64,000 nucleotides of DNA from Eledone cirrhosa (Eukaryota), in NCBI GenBank assembly GCA_964016885.1, contig OZ024744.1:113646001-113710000 (forward strand), written 5' to 3'. Under the pieces are notes generated by a model. That model did not search any database. It was not told the origin of the DNA and saw only the letters and a program-made list of their open reading frames with translations. Positions 24,401-42,400 of the stretch are shown here, piece after piece. The translations under genes were made by a program, and so were the position numbers. How positions within the stretch are numbered: the stretch's first letter is position 1; every line of letters begins with the position of its first letter.

Positions 24401-27400
24401 CATCACCATCAACAGTAGTAACATTGTCATCACCATCAACAGTAGTAACACTGTCATCACCATCAACAGTAACAACATTGTCATCACCATCAACAGTAAT
24501 AACATTGTCATCACCATCAACAGTAGTAACATTGTCATCACCATCAACAGTAGTAACACTGTCATCACAATCAACAGTAACAACACTGTCATCACCATCA
24601 ACAGTAGTAACATTGTCATCACCATCAACAGTAACAACATTGTCATCACCATCAACAGTAACACCATTGTCATCAACATCAACAGTAGTAACATTGTCAT
24701 CACCATCAACAGTAGTAACACTGTCATCACCATCAACAGTAGTAACATTGTCATCACCATTAACAGTAACAACATTGTCATCACCATCAACAGTAGCAAC
24801 ATTGTCATCACCATCAACAGTAACAACATTGTCATCACCATCAACAGTAGTAACATTGTCATCACCATCAACAACATTGTCATCACCATCAACAGTAGTA
24901 ACAGTCATCACCATCAACAGTAACAACATTGTCATCACCATTAACAGTAATAACATTGTCATCACCATCAACAGTAGTAACATTGTCATCACCATCAACA
25001 GTAACAACATTGTCATCACCATCAACAGTAACAACATTGTCATCACCATCAACAGTAACAACATTGTCATCACCATCAACAGTAACAACATTGTCATCAC
25101 CATCAACAGTAGTAACATTGTCATCACCATCAACAGTAACAACATTGTCATCACCATCAACAGTAACAACATTGTCATCACCATCAACAGTGGTAACATT
25201 GTCATCACCATCAACAGTAGTAACATTGTCATCACCATCAACAGTAGTACCATTGTCATCACCATCAACAGTAACAACATTGTCATCACATTCAACAGTA
25301 GTACCATTGTCATCACCATCAACAGTAACAACACTGTCATCACCATCAACAGTAACAACATTGTCATCACCATGAACAGTAGTAACTCTGTCATCACCAT
25401 CAACAGTAACAACATTGTCATCACCATCAACAGTAATAACATTGTCATCACCATCAACAGTAGTAACATTCTCATCACCATCAACAGTAGTAACATTGTC
25501 ATCACCATCAACAGTTGTAACATTGTCATCACCATCAACAGTAGTAACTCTGTCATCACCATCAACAGTCGTAACTCTGTCATCACCATCAACAGTAGTA
25601 ACTCTGTCATCACCATCAACAGTAACAACATTGTCATCACAATCAACAGTAATAACATTGTCATCACCATCAACAGTAGTAACATTGTCATCACCATCAA
25701 CAGCAACAACATTGTCATCACCATCAACAGTAACAACATTGTCATCACCATCAACAGTAGTAACATTGTCATCACCATCAACAGCAACAACATTGTCATC
25801 ACCATCAACACTAACAACATTGTCATCACCATCAACAGTAACAACATTGTCATCACCATCAACAGTAGTAACATTGTCATCACCATCAACAGTAACAACA
25901 TTGTCATCACCATCAACAGTAACAACATTGTCATCACCATCAACAGTAACAACATTGTCATCAACATCAACAGTAACAACACTGTCATCACCATCAACAG
26001 TAACAACACTGTCATCACCATCAACAGTAACAACATTGTCATCACCATCAACAGTAACAACATTGTCATCACCATCAACAGTAGTAACATTGTCATCACC
26101 ATCAACAGTAACAACATTGTCATCACCATCAACAGTAGTAACGCTGCCATCACCATCAACAGTAGTAATATTGTCATCACCATCAACAGTGGTAACATTG
26201 TCATCACCATCAACAGTAGTAACAATGTCATCACCATCAACAGTAACAACAGTCATCACCATCATCAGTAACAACATTGTCATCACCATCAACAGTAACA
26301 ACATTGTCATCACCATCAACAGTAACAACATTGTCATCACCATCAACAGTAATAACATTGTCATCACCATCAACAGTAATAACATTGTCATCACCATCAA
26401 CAGTAGTAACATTATCATCACCATCAACAGTAGTAACACTGTCATCACCATCAACAGTAACAATACTGTCATCACCATCAACAGTAGTAACATTGTCATC
26501 ACCATCAACAGTAACAACACTGTCATCACCATCAACAGTAACAACATTGTCATCACCATCAACAGTAATAACATTGTCATCACCATCAACAGTAGTAACA
26601 TTGTCATCACCATCAACAGTAACAACATTGTCATCACCATCAACAGTAGTAACATTGTCATCACCATCAACAGTAGTAACATTGTCATCACCATCAACAG
26701 TAGTAACTCTGTCATCACCATCAACAGTCGTAACTCTGTCATCACCATCAACAGTAGTAACTCTGTCATCACCATCAACAGTAACAACACTGTCAACACC
26801 ATCAACAGTAACATTGTCATCACCATCAACAGTAACAACATTGTCATCACCATCAACAGTTATAACATTGTCCTCACCATCAACAGTAGTAACACTGTCA
26901 TCACCATCAACAGTAGTAACGCTGCCATCACCATCAACAGTAACAACATTGTCATCACCATCAACAGTAGTAACATTGTCATCACCATCAACAGAAACAA
27001 CATTGTCATCACCATCAACAGTAACAACACTGTCATCACCATCAACAGTAACAACACTGTCATCACCATCAACAGTAGTAACATTGTCATCACCATCAAC
27101 AGAAACAACATTGTCATCACCATCAACAGTAACAACACTGTCATCACCATCAACAGTAACAACATTGTCATCACCATCAACAGTAACAACATTGTCATCA
27201 CCATCAACAGTAACAACATTGTCATCACCATCAACAGTAACAACATTGTCATCACCATCAACAGTAGTAACATTGTCATCACCATCAACAGTAGTAACAT
27301 TGTCATTACAATCAACAGTAGTAACACTGTCATCACCATCAACAGTAACAACACTGTCATCACCATCAACAGTAACAACACTGTCATCACCATCAACAGT

Positions 27401-30400
27401 AGTAACACTGTCATCACCATCAACAGTAGTAACACTGTCATCACCATCAACAGTAGTAACATTGTCATCACCATCAACACTAGTAACATTGTCATCACCA
27501 TCAACAGTAACAACATTGTCATCACCATCAACAGTAGTAACATTGTCATCACCATCAACAGTAGTAACACTGTCATCACCATCAACAGTAACAACACTGT
27601 CATCACCATCAACAGTAACAACACTGTCATCACCATCAACAGTAGTAACACTGTCATCACCATCAACAGTAGTAACACTGTCATCACCATCAACAGTAGT
27701 AACATTGTCATCACCATCAACAGTAGTAACATTGTCATCACCATCAACAGTAGTAACATTGTCATCACCATCAACAGTAGTAACATTGTCATCACCATCA
27801 ACAGTAGTAACATTGTCATCACCATAAACAGTAGTAACACTGTCATCACAATCAACAGTAACAACACTGTCATCACCATCAACAGTAGTAACATTGTCAA
27901 CACCATCAATAGTAACAATATTGTCATCACCATCAACAGTAACACCATTGTCATCAACATCAACAGTAGTAACATTGTCATCACCATCAACAGTAGTAAC
28001 ACTGTCATCACCATCAACAGTAGTAACATTGTCATCACCATCAACAGTAACAACATTGTCATCACCATCAACAGTAGCAACATTGTCATCACCATCAACA
28101 GTAACAACATTGTCATCACCATCCAACATTGTCATCACCATCAACAGTAACAACACTGTCATCACCATCAACAGTAGTAACATTGTCATCACCATCAACA
28201 GTAGTAACAAGGTCATCACCATCAACAGTAACAACATTATCATCACCATCAACAGTAATAACATTGTCATCACCATCAACAGTAGTAACATTGTCATCAC
28301 CATCAACAGTAGTAACATTGTCATCACCATCAACAGTAGTAACACTGTCATCACCATCAACAGTAACAACATTGTCATCACCATCAACAGTAGTAACATT
28401 GTCATCACCATCAACAGTAGTAACTCTGTCATCACCATCAACAGTCGTAACTCTGTCATCACCATCAACAGTAGTAACTCTGTCATCACCATCAACAGTA
28501 ACAACATTGTCATCACAATCAACAGTAATAACATTGTCATCACCATCAACAGTAGTAACATTGTCATCACCATCAACAGCAACAACATTGTCATCACCAT
28601 CAACAGTAATAACATTGCCATCACCATCAACATTAGTAAAAATGTCATCACCATCAACAGTAACAACATTGTCATCACCATCAACAGTAACAACATTGTC
28701 ATCACCATCAACAGTAGTAACATTGTCAGCAGCATCAACAGTAACAACATTGTCATCACCATCAACAGTAGTAACATTGTCAGCAGCATCAACAGTAACA
28801 ACACTGTCATCACCATCAACAGAAACAACATTGTCATCACCATCAACAGTAACAACATTGTCATCACCATCAACAGTAACAACATTGTCATCACCATCAA
28901 CAGTAACAACATTGTCATCACCATCAACAGTAACAACATTGTCATCACCATCAACAGTAGTAACATTGTCATCACCATCAACAGTAGTAACATTGTCATT
29001 ACAATCAACAGTAGTAACACTGTCATCACCATCAACAGTAACAACACTGTCATCACCATCAACAGTAACAACACTGTCATCACCATCAACAGTAACAACA
29101 CTGTCATCACCATCAACAGCAACAACATTGTCATCACCATCAACAGTAGTAACATTGTCATCACCATCAACAGTAGTAACACTGTCATCACCATCAACAG
29201 TAGTAACATTGTCATCACCATCAACACTAGTAACATTGTCATCACCATCAACAGTAACAACATTGTCATCACCATCAACAGTAGTAACATTGTCATCACC
29301 ATCAACAGTAGTAACACTGTCATCACCATCAACAGTAACAACATTGTCATCACCATCAACAGTAATAACATTGTCATCACCATCAACAGTAGTAACATTG
29401 TCATCACCATCAACAGTAGTAACACTGTCATCACAATCAACAGTAACAACACTGTCATCACCATCAACAGTAGTAACATTGTCATCACCATCAACAGTAA
29501 CAACATTGTCATCACCATCAACAGTAACACCATTGTCATCAACATCAACAGTAGTAACATTGTCATCACCATCAACAGTAGTAACACTGTCATCACCATC
29601 AACAGTAGTAACATTGTCATCACCATTAACAGTAACAACATTGTCATCACCATCAACAGTAGCAACATTGTCATCACCATCAACAGTAACAACATTGTCA
29701 TCACCATCAACAGTAGTAACATTGTCATCACCATCAACAACATTGTCATCACCATCAACAGTAGTAACACTGTCATCACCATCAACAGTAACAACATTGT
29801 CATCACCATTAACAGTAATAACATTGTCATCACCATCAACAGTAGTAACATTGTCATCACCATCAACAGTAACAACATTGTCATCACCATCAACAGTAAC
29901 AACATTGTCATCACCATCAACAGTAACAACATTGTCATCACCATCAACAGTAACAACATTGTCATCACCATCAACAGTAACAACATTGTCATCACCATCA
30001 ACAGTAGTAACATTGTCATCACCATCAACAGTAACAACATTGTCATCACCATCAACAGTAACAACATTGTCATCACCATCAACAGTGGTAACATTGTCAT
30101 CACCATCAACAGTAGTAACATTGTCATCACCATCAACAGTAGAACCATTGTCATCACCATCAACAGTAACAACATTGTCATCACATTCAACAGTAGTACC
30201 ATTGTCATCACCATCAACAGTAACAACACTGTCATCACCATCAACAGTAACAACATTGTCATCACCATGAACAGTAGTAACTCTGTCATCACCATCAACA
30301 GTCGTAACTCTGTCATCACCATCAACAGTAGTAACTCTGTCATCACCATCAACAGTAACAACATTGTCATCACAATCAACAGTCATAACATTGTCATCAC

Positions 30401-33400
30401 CATCAACAGTAGTAACATTGTCATCACCATCAACAACATTGTCATCACCATCAACAGTAACAACATTGTCATCACCATCAACAGTAGTAACATTGTCATC
30501 ACCATCAACAGCAACAACATTGTCATCACCATCAACACTAACAACATTGTCATCACCATCAACAGTAACAACATTGTCATCACCATCAACAGTAGTAACA
30601 TTGTCATCACCATCAACAGTAACAACATTGTCATCACCATCAACAGTAACAACATTGTCATCACCATCAACAGTAACAACATTGTCATCAACATCAACAG
30701 TAACAACACTGTCATCACCATCAACAGTAACAACACTGTCATCACCATCAACAGTAACAACATTGTCATCACCATCAACAGTAACAACATTGTCATCACC
30801 ATCAACAGTAGTAACATTGTCATCACCATCAACAGTAACAACATTGTCATCACCATCAACAGTAGTAACGCTGCCATCACCATCAACAGTAGTAATATTG
30901 TCATCACCATCAACAGTGGTAACATTGTCATCACCATCAACAGTAGTAACAATGTCATCACCATCAACAGTAACAACAGTCATCACCATCATCAGTAACA
31001 ACATTGTCATCACCATCAACAGTAACAACATTGTCATCAACATCAACAGTAGTAACATTGTCAGCACCATCAACAGTAACAACACTGTCATCACCATCAA
31101 CAGTAACAACATTGTCATCACCATCAACAGTAATAACATTGTCATCACCATCAACAGTAGTAACATTATCATCACCATCAACAGTAGTAACACTGTCATC
31201 ACCATCAACAGTAACAATACTGTCATCACCATCAACAGTAGTAACATTGTCATCACCATCAACAGTAACAACACTGTCATCACCATCAACAGTAACAACA
31301 TTGTCATCACCATCAACAGTAATAACATTGTCATCACCATCAACAGTAGTAACATTGTCATCACCATCAACAGTAACAACATTGTCATCACCATCAACAG
31401 TAGTAACATTGTCATCACCATCAACAGTAGTAACATTGTCATCACCATCAACAGTAGTAACTCTGTCATCACCATCAACAGTCGTAACTCTGTCATCACC
31501 ATCAACAGTAGTAACATTGTCATCACCATCAACAGTAACAACATTGTCATCACAATCAACAGTCATAACATTGTCATCACCATCAACAACATTGTCATCA
31601 CCATCAACAGTAACAACACTGTCAACACCATCAACAGTAACATTGTCATCACCATCAACAGTAACAACATTGTCATCACCATCAACAGTTATAACATTGT
31701 CCTCACCATCAACAGTAGTAACACTGTCATCACCATCAACAGTAGTAACGCTGCCATCACCATCAACAGTAACAACATTGTCATCACCATCAACAGTAGT
31801 AACATTGTCATCACCATCAACAGAAACAACATTGTCATCACCATCAACAGTAACAACACTGTCATCACCATCAACAGTAACAACACTGTCATCACCATCA
31901 ACAGTAGTAACATTGTCATCACCATCAACAGAAACAACATTGTCATCACCATCAACAGTAACAACACTGTCATCACCATCAACAGTAACAACATTGTCAT
32001 CACCATCAACAGTAACAACATTGTCATCACCATCAACAGTAACAACATTGTCATCACCATCAACAGTAACAACATTGTCATCACCATCAACAGTAGAAAC
32101 ATTGTCATCACCATCAACAGTAGTAACATTGTCATTACAATCAACAGTAGTAACACTGTCATCACCATCAACAGTAACAACACTGTCATCACCATCAACA
32201 GTAACAACACTGTCATCACCATCAACAGTAGTAACACTGTCATCACCATCAACAGTAGTAACACTGTCATCACCATCAACAGTAGTAACATTGTCATCAC
32301 CATCAACACTAGTAACATTGTCATCACCATCAACAGTAGTAACATTGTCATCACCATCAACAGTAGTAACACTGTCATCACCATCAACAGTAACAACACT
32401 GTCATCACCATCAACAGTAACAACACTGTCATCACCATCAACAGTAGTAACACTGTCATCACCATCAACAGTAGTAACACTGTCATCACCATCAACAGTA
32501 GTAACATTGTCATCACCATCAACAGTAGTAACATTGTCATCACCATCAACAGTAGTAACATTGTCATCACCATCAACAGTAGTAACATTGTCATCACCAT
32601 CAACAGTAGTAACATTGTCATCACCATAAACAGTAGTAACACTGTCATCACAATCAACAGTAACAACACTGTCATCACCATCAACAGTAGTAACATTGTC
32701 AACACCATCAACAGTAACAATATTGTCATCACCATCAACAGTAACACCATTGTCATCAACATCAACAGTAGTAACATTGTCATCACCATCAACAGTAGTA
32801 ACACTGTCATCACCATCAACAGTAGTAACATTGTCATCACCATCAACAGTAACAACATTGTCATCACCATCAACAGTAGCAACATTGTCATCACCATCAA
32901 CAGTAACAACATTGTCATCACCATCCAACATTGTCATCACCATCAACAGTAACAACACTGTCATCACCATCAACAGTAGTAACATTGTCATCACCATCAA
33001 CAGTAGTAACAAGGTCATCACCATCAACAGTAACAACATTATCATCACCATCAACAGTAATAACATTGTCATCACCATCAACAGTAGTAACATTGTCATC
33101 ACCATCAACAGTAGTAACATTGTCATCACCATCAACAGTAGTAACACTGTCATCACCATCAACAGTAACAACATTGTCATCACCATCAACAGTAATAACA
33201 TTGTCATCACCATCAACAGTAGTAACATTGTCATCACCATCAACAGTAGTAACATTGTCATCACCATCAACAGTAGTAACACTGTCATCACCATCAACAG
33301 TAGTAACACTGTCATCACCATCATCAGTAACAACATTGTCATCACCATCAACAGTAACAACACTGTCATCACCATCAACAGTAACAACACTGTCATCACC

Positions 33401-36400
33401 ATCAACAGTAGTAACATTGTCATCACCATCAACAGTAACAACATTGTCATCACCATCAACAGTAGTAACATTGTCATCACCATCAACAGTAACAACATTG
33501 TCATCACCATCAACAGTAGTAACATTGTCATCACCATCAACAGTAACAAAATTGTCCTCACCATCAACAGTAACAACATTGTCATCACCATCAACAGTAG
33601 TAACATTGTCATCACCATCAACAACATTGTCATCACCATCAACAGTAGTAACACTGTCATCACCATCAACAGTAACAACATTGTCATCACCATTAACAGT
33701 AATAACATTGTCATCACCATCAACAGTAGTAACATTGTCATCACCATCAACAGTAACAACATTGTCATCACCATCAACAGTAACAACATTGTAATCACCA
33801 TCAACAGTAGTAACATTGTCATCACCATCAACAGTAACAACATTGTCATCACCATCAACAGTAACAACATTGTCATCACCATCAACAGTGGTAACATTGT
33901 CATCACCATCAACAGTAGTAACATTGTCATCACCATCAACAGTAGTACCATTGTCATCACCATCAACAGTAACAACATTGTCATCACATTCACCAGTAGT
34001 ACCATTGTCATCACCATCAACAGTAAGAACATTGTCATCACCATCAACAGTAACAACATTGTCATCAAAATCAACAGTAACAACATTGTCATCACCATGA
34101 ACAGTAGTAACTCTGTCATCACCATCAACAGTAATAACATTGTCATCACCATCAACAGTAGTAACTTTGTCATCACCATCAACAGTAACAACATTGTCAT
34201 CACCATCAACAGTAGTAACATTGTCATCACCATCAACAGTAGTAACATTGTCATCAACATCAACAGAAGTAACTCTGTCATCACCATCAACAGTCGTAAC
34301 TCTGTCATCACCATCAACAGTAACAACATTGTCATCACAATCAACAGTAATAACATTGTCATCACCATCAACAGTAGTAACATTGTCATCACTATCAACA
34401 GCAACAACATTGTCATCACCATCAACAGTAATAACATTGTCATCACCATCAACATTAGTAAAATTGTCATCACCATCAACAGTAACAACATTGTCATCAC
34501 CATCAACAGTAACAACAGTGTCATCACCATCAACAGTAGTAACATTGTCAGCACCATCAACAGTAACAACATTGTCATCACCATCAACAGTAGTAACATT
34601 GTCATCACCATCAACAGTAACAACATTGTCATCACCATCAACAGTAACAACATTGTCATCACCATCAACAGTAACAACATTGTCATCACTATCAACAGTA
34701 GAAACATTGTCATCACCATCAACAGTAGTAACATTGTCATCACCATCAACAGTAACAACATTGTCATCACCATCAACAATAGTAACACTGTCATCCCCAT
34801 CAACAGTAGTAACATTGTCATCACCATCAACAGTACTAACATTGTCATCACCATCAACAGTAACAAGTGTCATCACAATCAACAGTAACAACATTGTCAT
34901 CACCATCAACAGTAACAACATTGTGATCACCATCAACAGTAACAACATTGTCATCAACATCAACAGTAGTAACCTTGTCATCACCATCAACAGTAGTAAC
35001 ATTGTCATCACCATCAACACTAGTAACATTGTCATCACCATCAACAGTAATAACATTGTCATCACCATCAACAGTAACAACATTGTCATCACCATCAACA
35101 GTAACAACATTGTCATCACCATCAACAGTAACAACATTTTCATCACCATCAACAGCAGTAACAACACTGTCATCACCATCAACAGTAGTAACACTGCCAT
35201 CACCATCAACAGTAACAACATTGTCATCACCATCAACAGTAACAACATTGTCATCACCATCAACAGTAGTAACATTGTCATCACCATCAACAGTAGTAAC
35301 ATTGTCATCACCTTCAACAGTAACAACATTGTCATCACCATCAACATTAGTAACATTGTCATCACCATCAACAGTAACAACACTGTCATCACCATCAACA
35401 TTAGTAACATTGTCATCACCATCAACAGTAACAACATTGTCATCACCATCAACAATAGTAACACTGTCATCACCATCAACAGTAACATTGTTATCACCAT
35501 CAACAGTAACATGATTTTCACCATCAACAGTAGTAACAAAATCATCACCATCAACAGTAGTAACACTGTCATGACCATCAACAGTAACAACACTGTCATC
35601 ACCATCAACAGAAGTAACATTGTCATCACCATCAACAGTAACAACACTGTCATCACCATCAACAGTAGTAACATTGTCATCACCATCAACAACACTGTCA
35701 TCACCATCAACAGTAACAACACTGTCATCACCATCAACAGTAACAACATTGTCATCACCATCAACAGTAACATTGTCATCACCATCAACAGTAACAACAT
35801 TGTCATCACCATCAACAGTAACAACATTGTCATCACCATCAACAGTAGTAACACTGTCATCACCATCAACAGTAACAACATTGTCATCACCATCAACAGT
35901 AGTAACATTGTCATCACGATCAACAGTAACAACATTGTCATCACCATCAACAGTAGTAACATTGTGTTAACCATCAACAGTAACAACATTGTCATCACCA
36001 TCAACAGTAGTAACATTGTCATCACCATCAACAGTAGTAACATTGTCATCACCATCAACAGTAACAACATTGTCATCACCATCAACAGTAACAACATTGT
36101 CATCACCATCAACAGTAGTAACATTGTCATCACCATCAACAATAGTAACAATGTCATCACCATCAACAGTAACAACATTGTCATCAACAGTAACAACATT
36201 GTCATCACCATCAACAGTAGTAACATTGTCATCACCATCAACAGTAACAACACTGTCATCACCACCAACAGTAATAACACTGTCATCACCATCAACAGTA
36301 GTAACACTATCATCACCATCAACAGTAACAACATTGTCATCACCATCAACAGTAACAACATTGTCATCACCATCAACAGTAACAACATTGTCATCACCAT

Positions 36401-39400
36401 CAACAGTAACAACATTGTCATCACCATCAACAGTAGTAACATTGTCATCACCATCAACAGTAGTAACATTGTCATCACCATCAACAGTAGTAACATTGTC
36501 ATCACCATCAACACTAACAACATTGTCATCACCATCAACAGTACCCACATTGTCATCACCATCAACAGTAACAACATTGTCATCACCATCAACAGTAACA
36601 ACATTGTCATCACCATCAACAGTAGTAACATTGTCATCACCATCAACAGTAGTAACACTGTCATCACCATCAACAGTAGTAACATTGTCATCACTATCAA
36701 CAGTAGAAACATTGTCATCACCATCAACAGTAACAACATTGTCATCACCATCAACAGTACCCACATTGTCATCACCATCAACAGTACCAACATTGTCATC
36801 ACCATCAACAGTAACAACACTGTTATCACCACCAACAGTAACAACATTGTCATCACTATCAACAGTAGAAACATTGTCATCACCATCAACAGTAACAACA
36901 TTGTGATCACCATCAACAGTAACAACACTGTCATCACCATCAACAGTAACAACATTGTCATCACCATCAACAGTAACAACATTGTCATCACCATCAACAG
37001 TAGTAACACTGTCATCACCATCAACAGTAGTAACATTGTCATCACCATCTACAGTAACAACATTGTCATCACCATCAACAGTAACAACATTGTCAGCACC
37101 ATCAACAGTAGTAACATTGTCATCACCATCAACAGTAGTAGCATTGTCATCACCATCAACAGGAACAACACTGTCATCACCATCAAAAGTAGTAACATTG
37201 TCATCACAATCAACAGTAACAACACTGTCATCACCATCAACAGTAGTAACATTGTCATCACCATCAACAGTAACAACACTGTCATCACCATCAACAGTAA
37301 CAACATTGTCATCACCATCAACAGTAACAACATTGTCATCACCATCAACAGTAACAACATTGTCATCACCATCAACAGTAGTAACATTGTCATCACAATC
37401 AACAGTAACAACATTGTCATCACCATCAACAGTAACAACATTGTCATCACCATCAACAGTAGTAACATTGTCATCACCATCAACAGTAGTAACACCGTCA
37501 TCACCATCAACAGTAACAACATTGTCATCACCATCAACAGTAACAACATTGTCATCACCATCAACAGTAACAACATTGTCATCACCATCAACAGTAACAA
37601 CATTGTCATCACCATCAACAGTAACAACATTGTCATCACCATCAACAGTAACAACATTGTCATCACCATCAACAGTAGTAACATTGTCATCACAATCAAC
37701 AGTAACAACATTGTCATCACCATCAACAGTAACAACATTGTCATCACCATCAACAGTAGTAACATTGTCATCACCATCAACAGTAGTAACACCGTCATCA
37801 CCATCAACAGTAACAACACTGTCATCACCATCAACAGTAACAACATTGTCATCAAAATCAACAGTAACAACATTGTCATCACCATCAACAGTAACAACAT
37901 TGTCATCACTATCAACAGTAGAAACATTGTCATCACCATCAACAGTAGTAACATTGTCATCACCATCAACAGTAACAACATTGTCATCACCATCAACAAT
38001 AGTAACAGTGTCATCACCATCAACAGTAGTAACATTGTCATCACCATCAACAGTACTAACATTGTCATCACCATCAATAGTAACAACACTGTCATCACAA
38101 TCAACAGTAACAACATTGTCATCACCATCAACAGTAACAACATTGTCATCACCATCAACAGTCATAACATTGTCATCACCATCAACAGTAACAACATTGT
38201 CATCACCATCAACAGTAACAACATTGTCATCACCATCAACAGTAACACCATTGTCATCACCATCAACAGCAGTAACATTGTCATCACCATCAACAGTAGT
38301 AACACTGCCATCACCATCAACAGTAACAACATTGTCATCACCATCAACAGTAACAACATTGTCATCACCATCAACAGTAGTAACATTGTCATCACCATCA
38401 ACAGTAGTAACATTGTCATCACCTTCAACAGTAACAACATTGTCATCACTATCAACAGTAGTAACATTGTCATCACCATCAACAGTAACAACACTGTCAT
38501 CACCATCAACATTAGTAACATTCTCATCACCATCAACAATAGTAACACTGTCATCACCATCAACAGTAGTAACATTGTCATCACCATCAACAGTAACAAC
38601 ATTGTTATCACCATCAACAGTAGTAACATTGTCATCACCATCAACAGTAACAACACTGTCATCACCATCAACAGTAACAACATTGTCATCACCATCAACA
38701 GTAACAATATTGTCATCACCATCAACAGTAACAACATTGTCATCAACATCAACAGTAACATTGTCATCACCATCAACAGTAACAACATTGTCATCACCAT
38801 CAACAGTAACAACATTGTCATCACCATCAACAGTAGTAACATTGTCATCACCATCAACAGTAGTAACACTGCCATCACCATCAACAGTAACAACATTGTC
38901 ATCACCATCAACAGTAACAACATTGTCATCACCATCAACAGTAGTAACATTGTCATCACCATCAACAGTAGTAACATTGTCATCACCTTCAACAGTAACA
39001 ACATTGTCATCACTATCAACATTAGTAACATTGTCATCACCATCAACAGTAACAACACTGTCATCACCATCAACATTAGTAACATTGTCATCACCATCAA
39101 CAATAGTAACACTGTCATCACCATCAACAGTAGTAACATTGTCATCACCATCAACAGTAACAACATTGTTATAACCATCAACAGTAGTAACATTGTCATC
39201 ACCATCAACAGTAACAACACTGTCATCACCATCAACAGTAACAACATTGTCATCACCATCAACAGTAACAATATTGTCATCACCATCAACAGTAACAACA
39301 TTGTCATCAACATCAACAGTAACATTGACATCACCATCAACAGTAGTAACACTGCCATCACCATCAACAGTAACAACATTGTCATCACCATCAACAGTAA

Positions 39401-42400
39401 CAACATTGTCATCACTATCAACATTAGTAACATTGTCATCACCATCAACAGTAGTAACAAAATCATCACCATCAACAGTAGTAACACTGTCATGACCATC
39501 AACAGTAACAACACTGTCATGACCATCAACAGAAGTAACATTGTCATCACCATCAACAGTAACAACACTGTTATCACCATCAACAGTAGTAACATTGTCA
39601 TCACCATCAACAGTAACAACACTGTCATCACCATCAACAGTAACAACATTGTCATCACCATCAACAGTAACAATATTGTCATCACCATCAACAGTAACAA
39701 CATTGTCATCAACATCAACAGTAACATTGTCATCACCATCAACAGTAACAACATTGTCATCACCATCAACAGTAACAACATTGTCATCACCATCAACAGT
39801 AGTAACATTGTCATCACCATCAACAGTAACAACATTGTCATCACCATCAACAGTAGTAACATTGCGTTAACCATCAACAGTAGTAACATTGTCATCACCA
39901 TCAACAGTAACAACATTGTCATCACCATCAACAGTAACAACATTGTCATCACCATCAACAGTAGTAACATTGTCATCACCATCAACAGTAACAACATTGT
40001 CATCACCATCAACAGTAGTAACATTGTCATCACCATCAACAGTAACAAAATTGTCCTCACCATCAACAGTAACAACATTGTCATCACCATCAACAGTAGT
40101 AACATTGTCATCACCATCAACAACATTGTCATCACCATCAACAGTAGTAACACTGTCATCACCATCAACAGTAACAACATTGTCATCACCATTAACAGTA
40201 ATAACATTGTCATCACCATCAACAGTAGTAACATTGTCATCACCATCAACAGTAACAACATTGTCATCACCATCAACAGTAACAACATTGTAATCACCAT
40301 CAACAGTAGTAACATTGTCATCACCATCAACAGTAACAACATTGTCATCACCATCAACAGTAACAACATTGTCATCACCATCAACAGTGGTAACATTGTC
40401 ATCACCATCAACAGTAGTAACATTGTCATCACCATCAACAGTAGTACCATTGTCATCACCATCAACAGTAACAACATTGTCATCACATTCACCAGTAGTA
40501 CCATTGTCATCACCATCAACAGTAAGAACATTGTCATCACCATCAACAGTAACAACATTGTCATCAAAATCAACAGTAACAACATTGTCATCACCATGAA
40601 CAGTAGTAACTCTGTCATCACCATCAACAGTAATAACATTGTCATCACCATCAACAGTAGTAACTTTGTCATCACCATCAACAGTAACAACATTGTCATC
40701 ACCATCAACAGTAGTAACATTGTCATCACCATCAACAGTAGTAACATTGTCATCAACATCAACAGAAGTAACTCTGTCATCACCATCAACAGTCGTAACT
40801 CTGTCATCACCATCAACAGTAACAACATTGTCATCACAATCAACAGTAATAACATTGTCATCACCATCAACAGTAGTAACATTGTCATCACTATCAACAG
40901 CAACAACATTGTCATCACCATCAACAGTAATAACATTGTCATCACCATCAACATTAGTAAAATTGTCATCACCATCAACAGTAACAACATTGTCATCACC
41001 ATCAACAGTAACAACAGTGTCATCACCATCAACAGTAGTAACATTGTCAGCACCATCAACAGTAACAACATTGTCATCACCATCAACAGTAGTAACATTG
41101 TCATCACCATCAACAGTAACAACATTGTCATCACCATCAACAGTAACAACATTGTCATCACCATCAACAGTAACAACATTGTCATCACTATCAACAGTAG
41201 AAACATTGTCATCACCATCAACAGTAGTAACATTGTCATCACCATCAACAGTAACAACATTGTCATCACCATCAACAATAGTAACACTGTCATCCCCATC
41301 AACAGTAGTAACATTGTCATCACCATCAACAGTACTAACATTGTCATCACCATCAACAGTAACAAGTGTCATCACAATCAACAGTAACAACATTGTCATC
41401 ACCATCAACAGTAACAACATTGTGATCACCATCAACAGTAACAACATTGTCATCAACATCAACAGTAGTAACCTTGTCATCACCATCAACAGTAGTAACA
41501 TTGTCATCACCATCAACACTAGTAACATTGTCATCACCATCAACAGTAATAACATTGTCATCACCATCAACAGTAACAACATTGTCATCACCATCAACAG
41601 TAACAACATTGTCATCACCATCAACAGTAACAACATTTTCATCACCATCAACAGCAGTAACAACACTGTCATCACCATCAACAGTAGTAACACTGCCATC
41701 ACCATCAACAGTAACAACATTGTCATCACCATCAACAGTAACAACATTGTCATCACCATCAACAGTAGTAACATTGTCATCACCATCAACAGTAGTAACA
41801 TTGTCATCACCTTCAACAGTAACAACATTGTCATCACCATCAACATTAGTAACATTGTCATCACCATCAACAGTAACAACACTGTCATCACCATCAACAT
41901 TAGTAACATTGTCATCACCATCAACAGTAACAACATTGTCATCACCATCAACAATAGTAACACTGTCATCACCATCAACAGTAACATTGTTATCACCATC
42001 AACAGTAACATGATTTTCACCATCAACAGTAGTAACAAAATCATCACCATCAACAGTAGTAACACTGTCATGACCATCAACAGTAACAACACTGTCATCA
42101 CCATCAACAGAAGTAACATTGTCATCACCATCAACAGTAACAACACTGTCATCACCATCAACAGTAGTAACATTGTCATCACCATCAACAACACTGTCAT
42201 CACCATCAACAGTAACAACACTGTCATCACCATCAACAGTAACAACATTGTCATCACCATCAACAGTAACATTGTCATCACCATCAACAGTAACAACATT
42301 GTCATCACCATCAACAGTAACAACATTGTCATCACCATCAACAGTAGTAACACTGTCATCACCATCAACAGTAACAACATTGTCATCACCATCAACAGTA

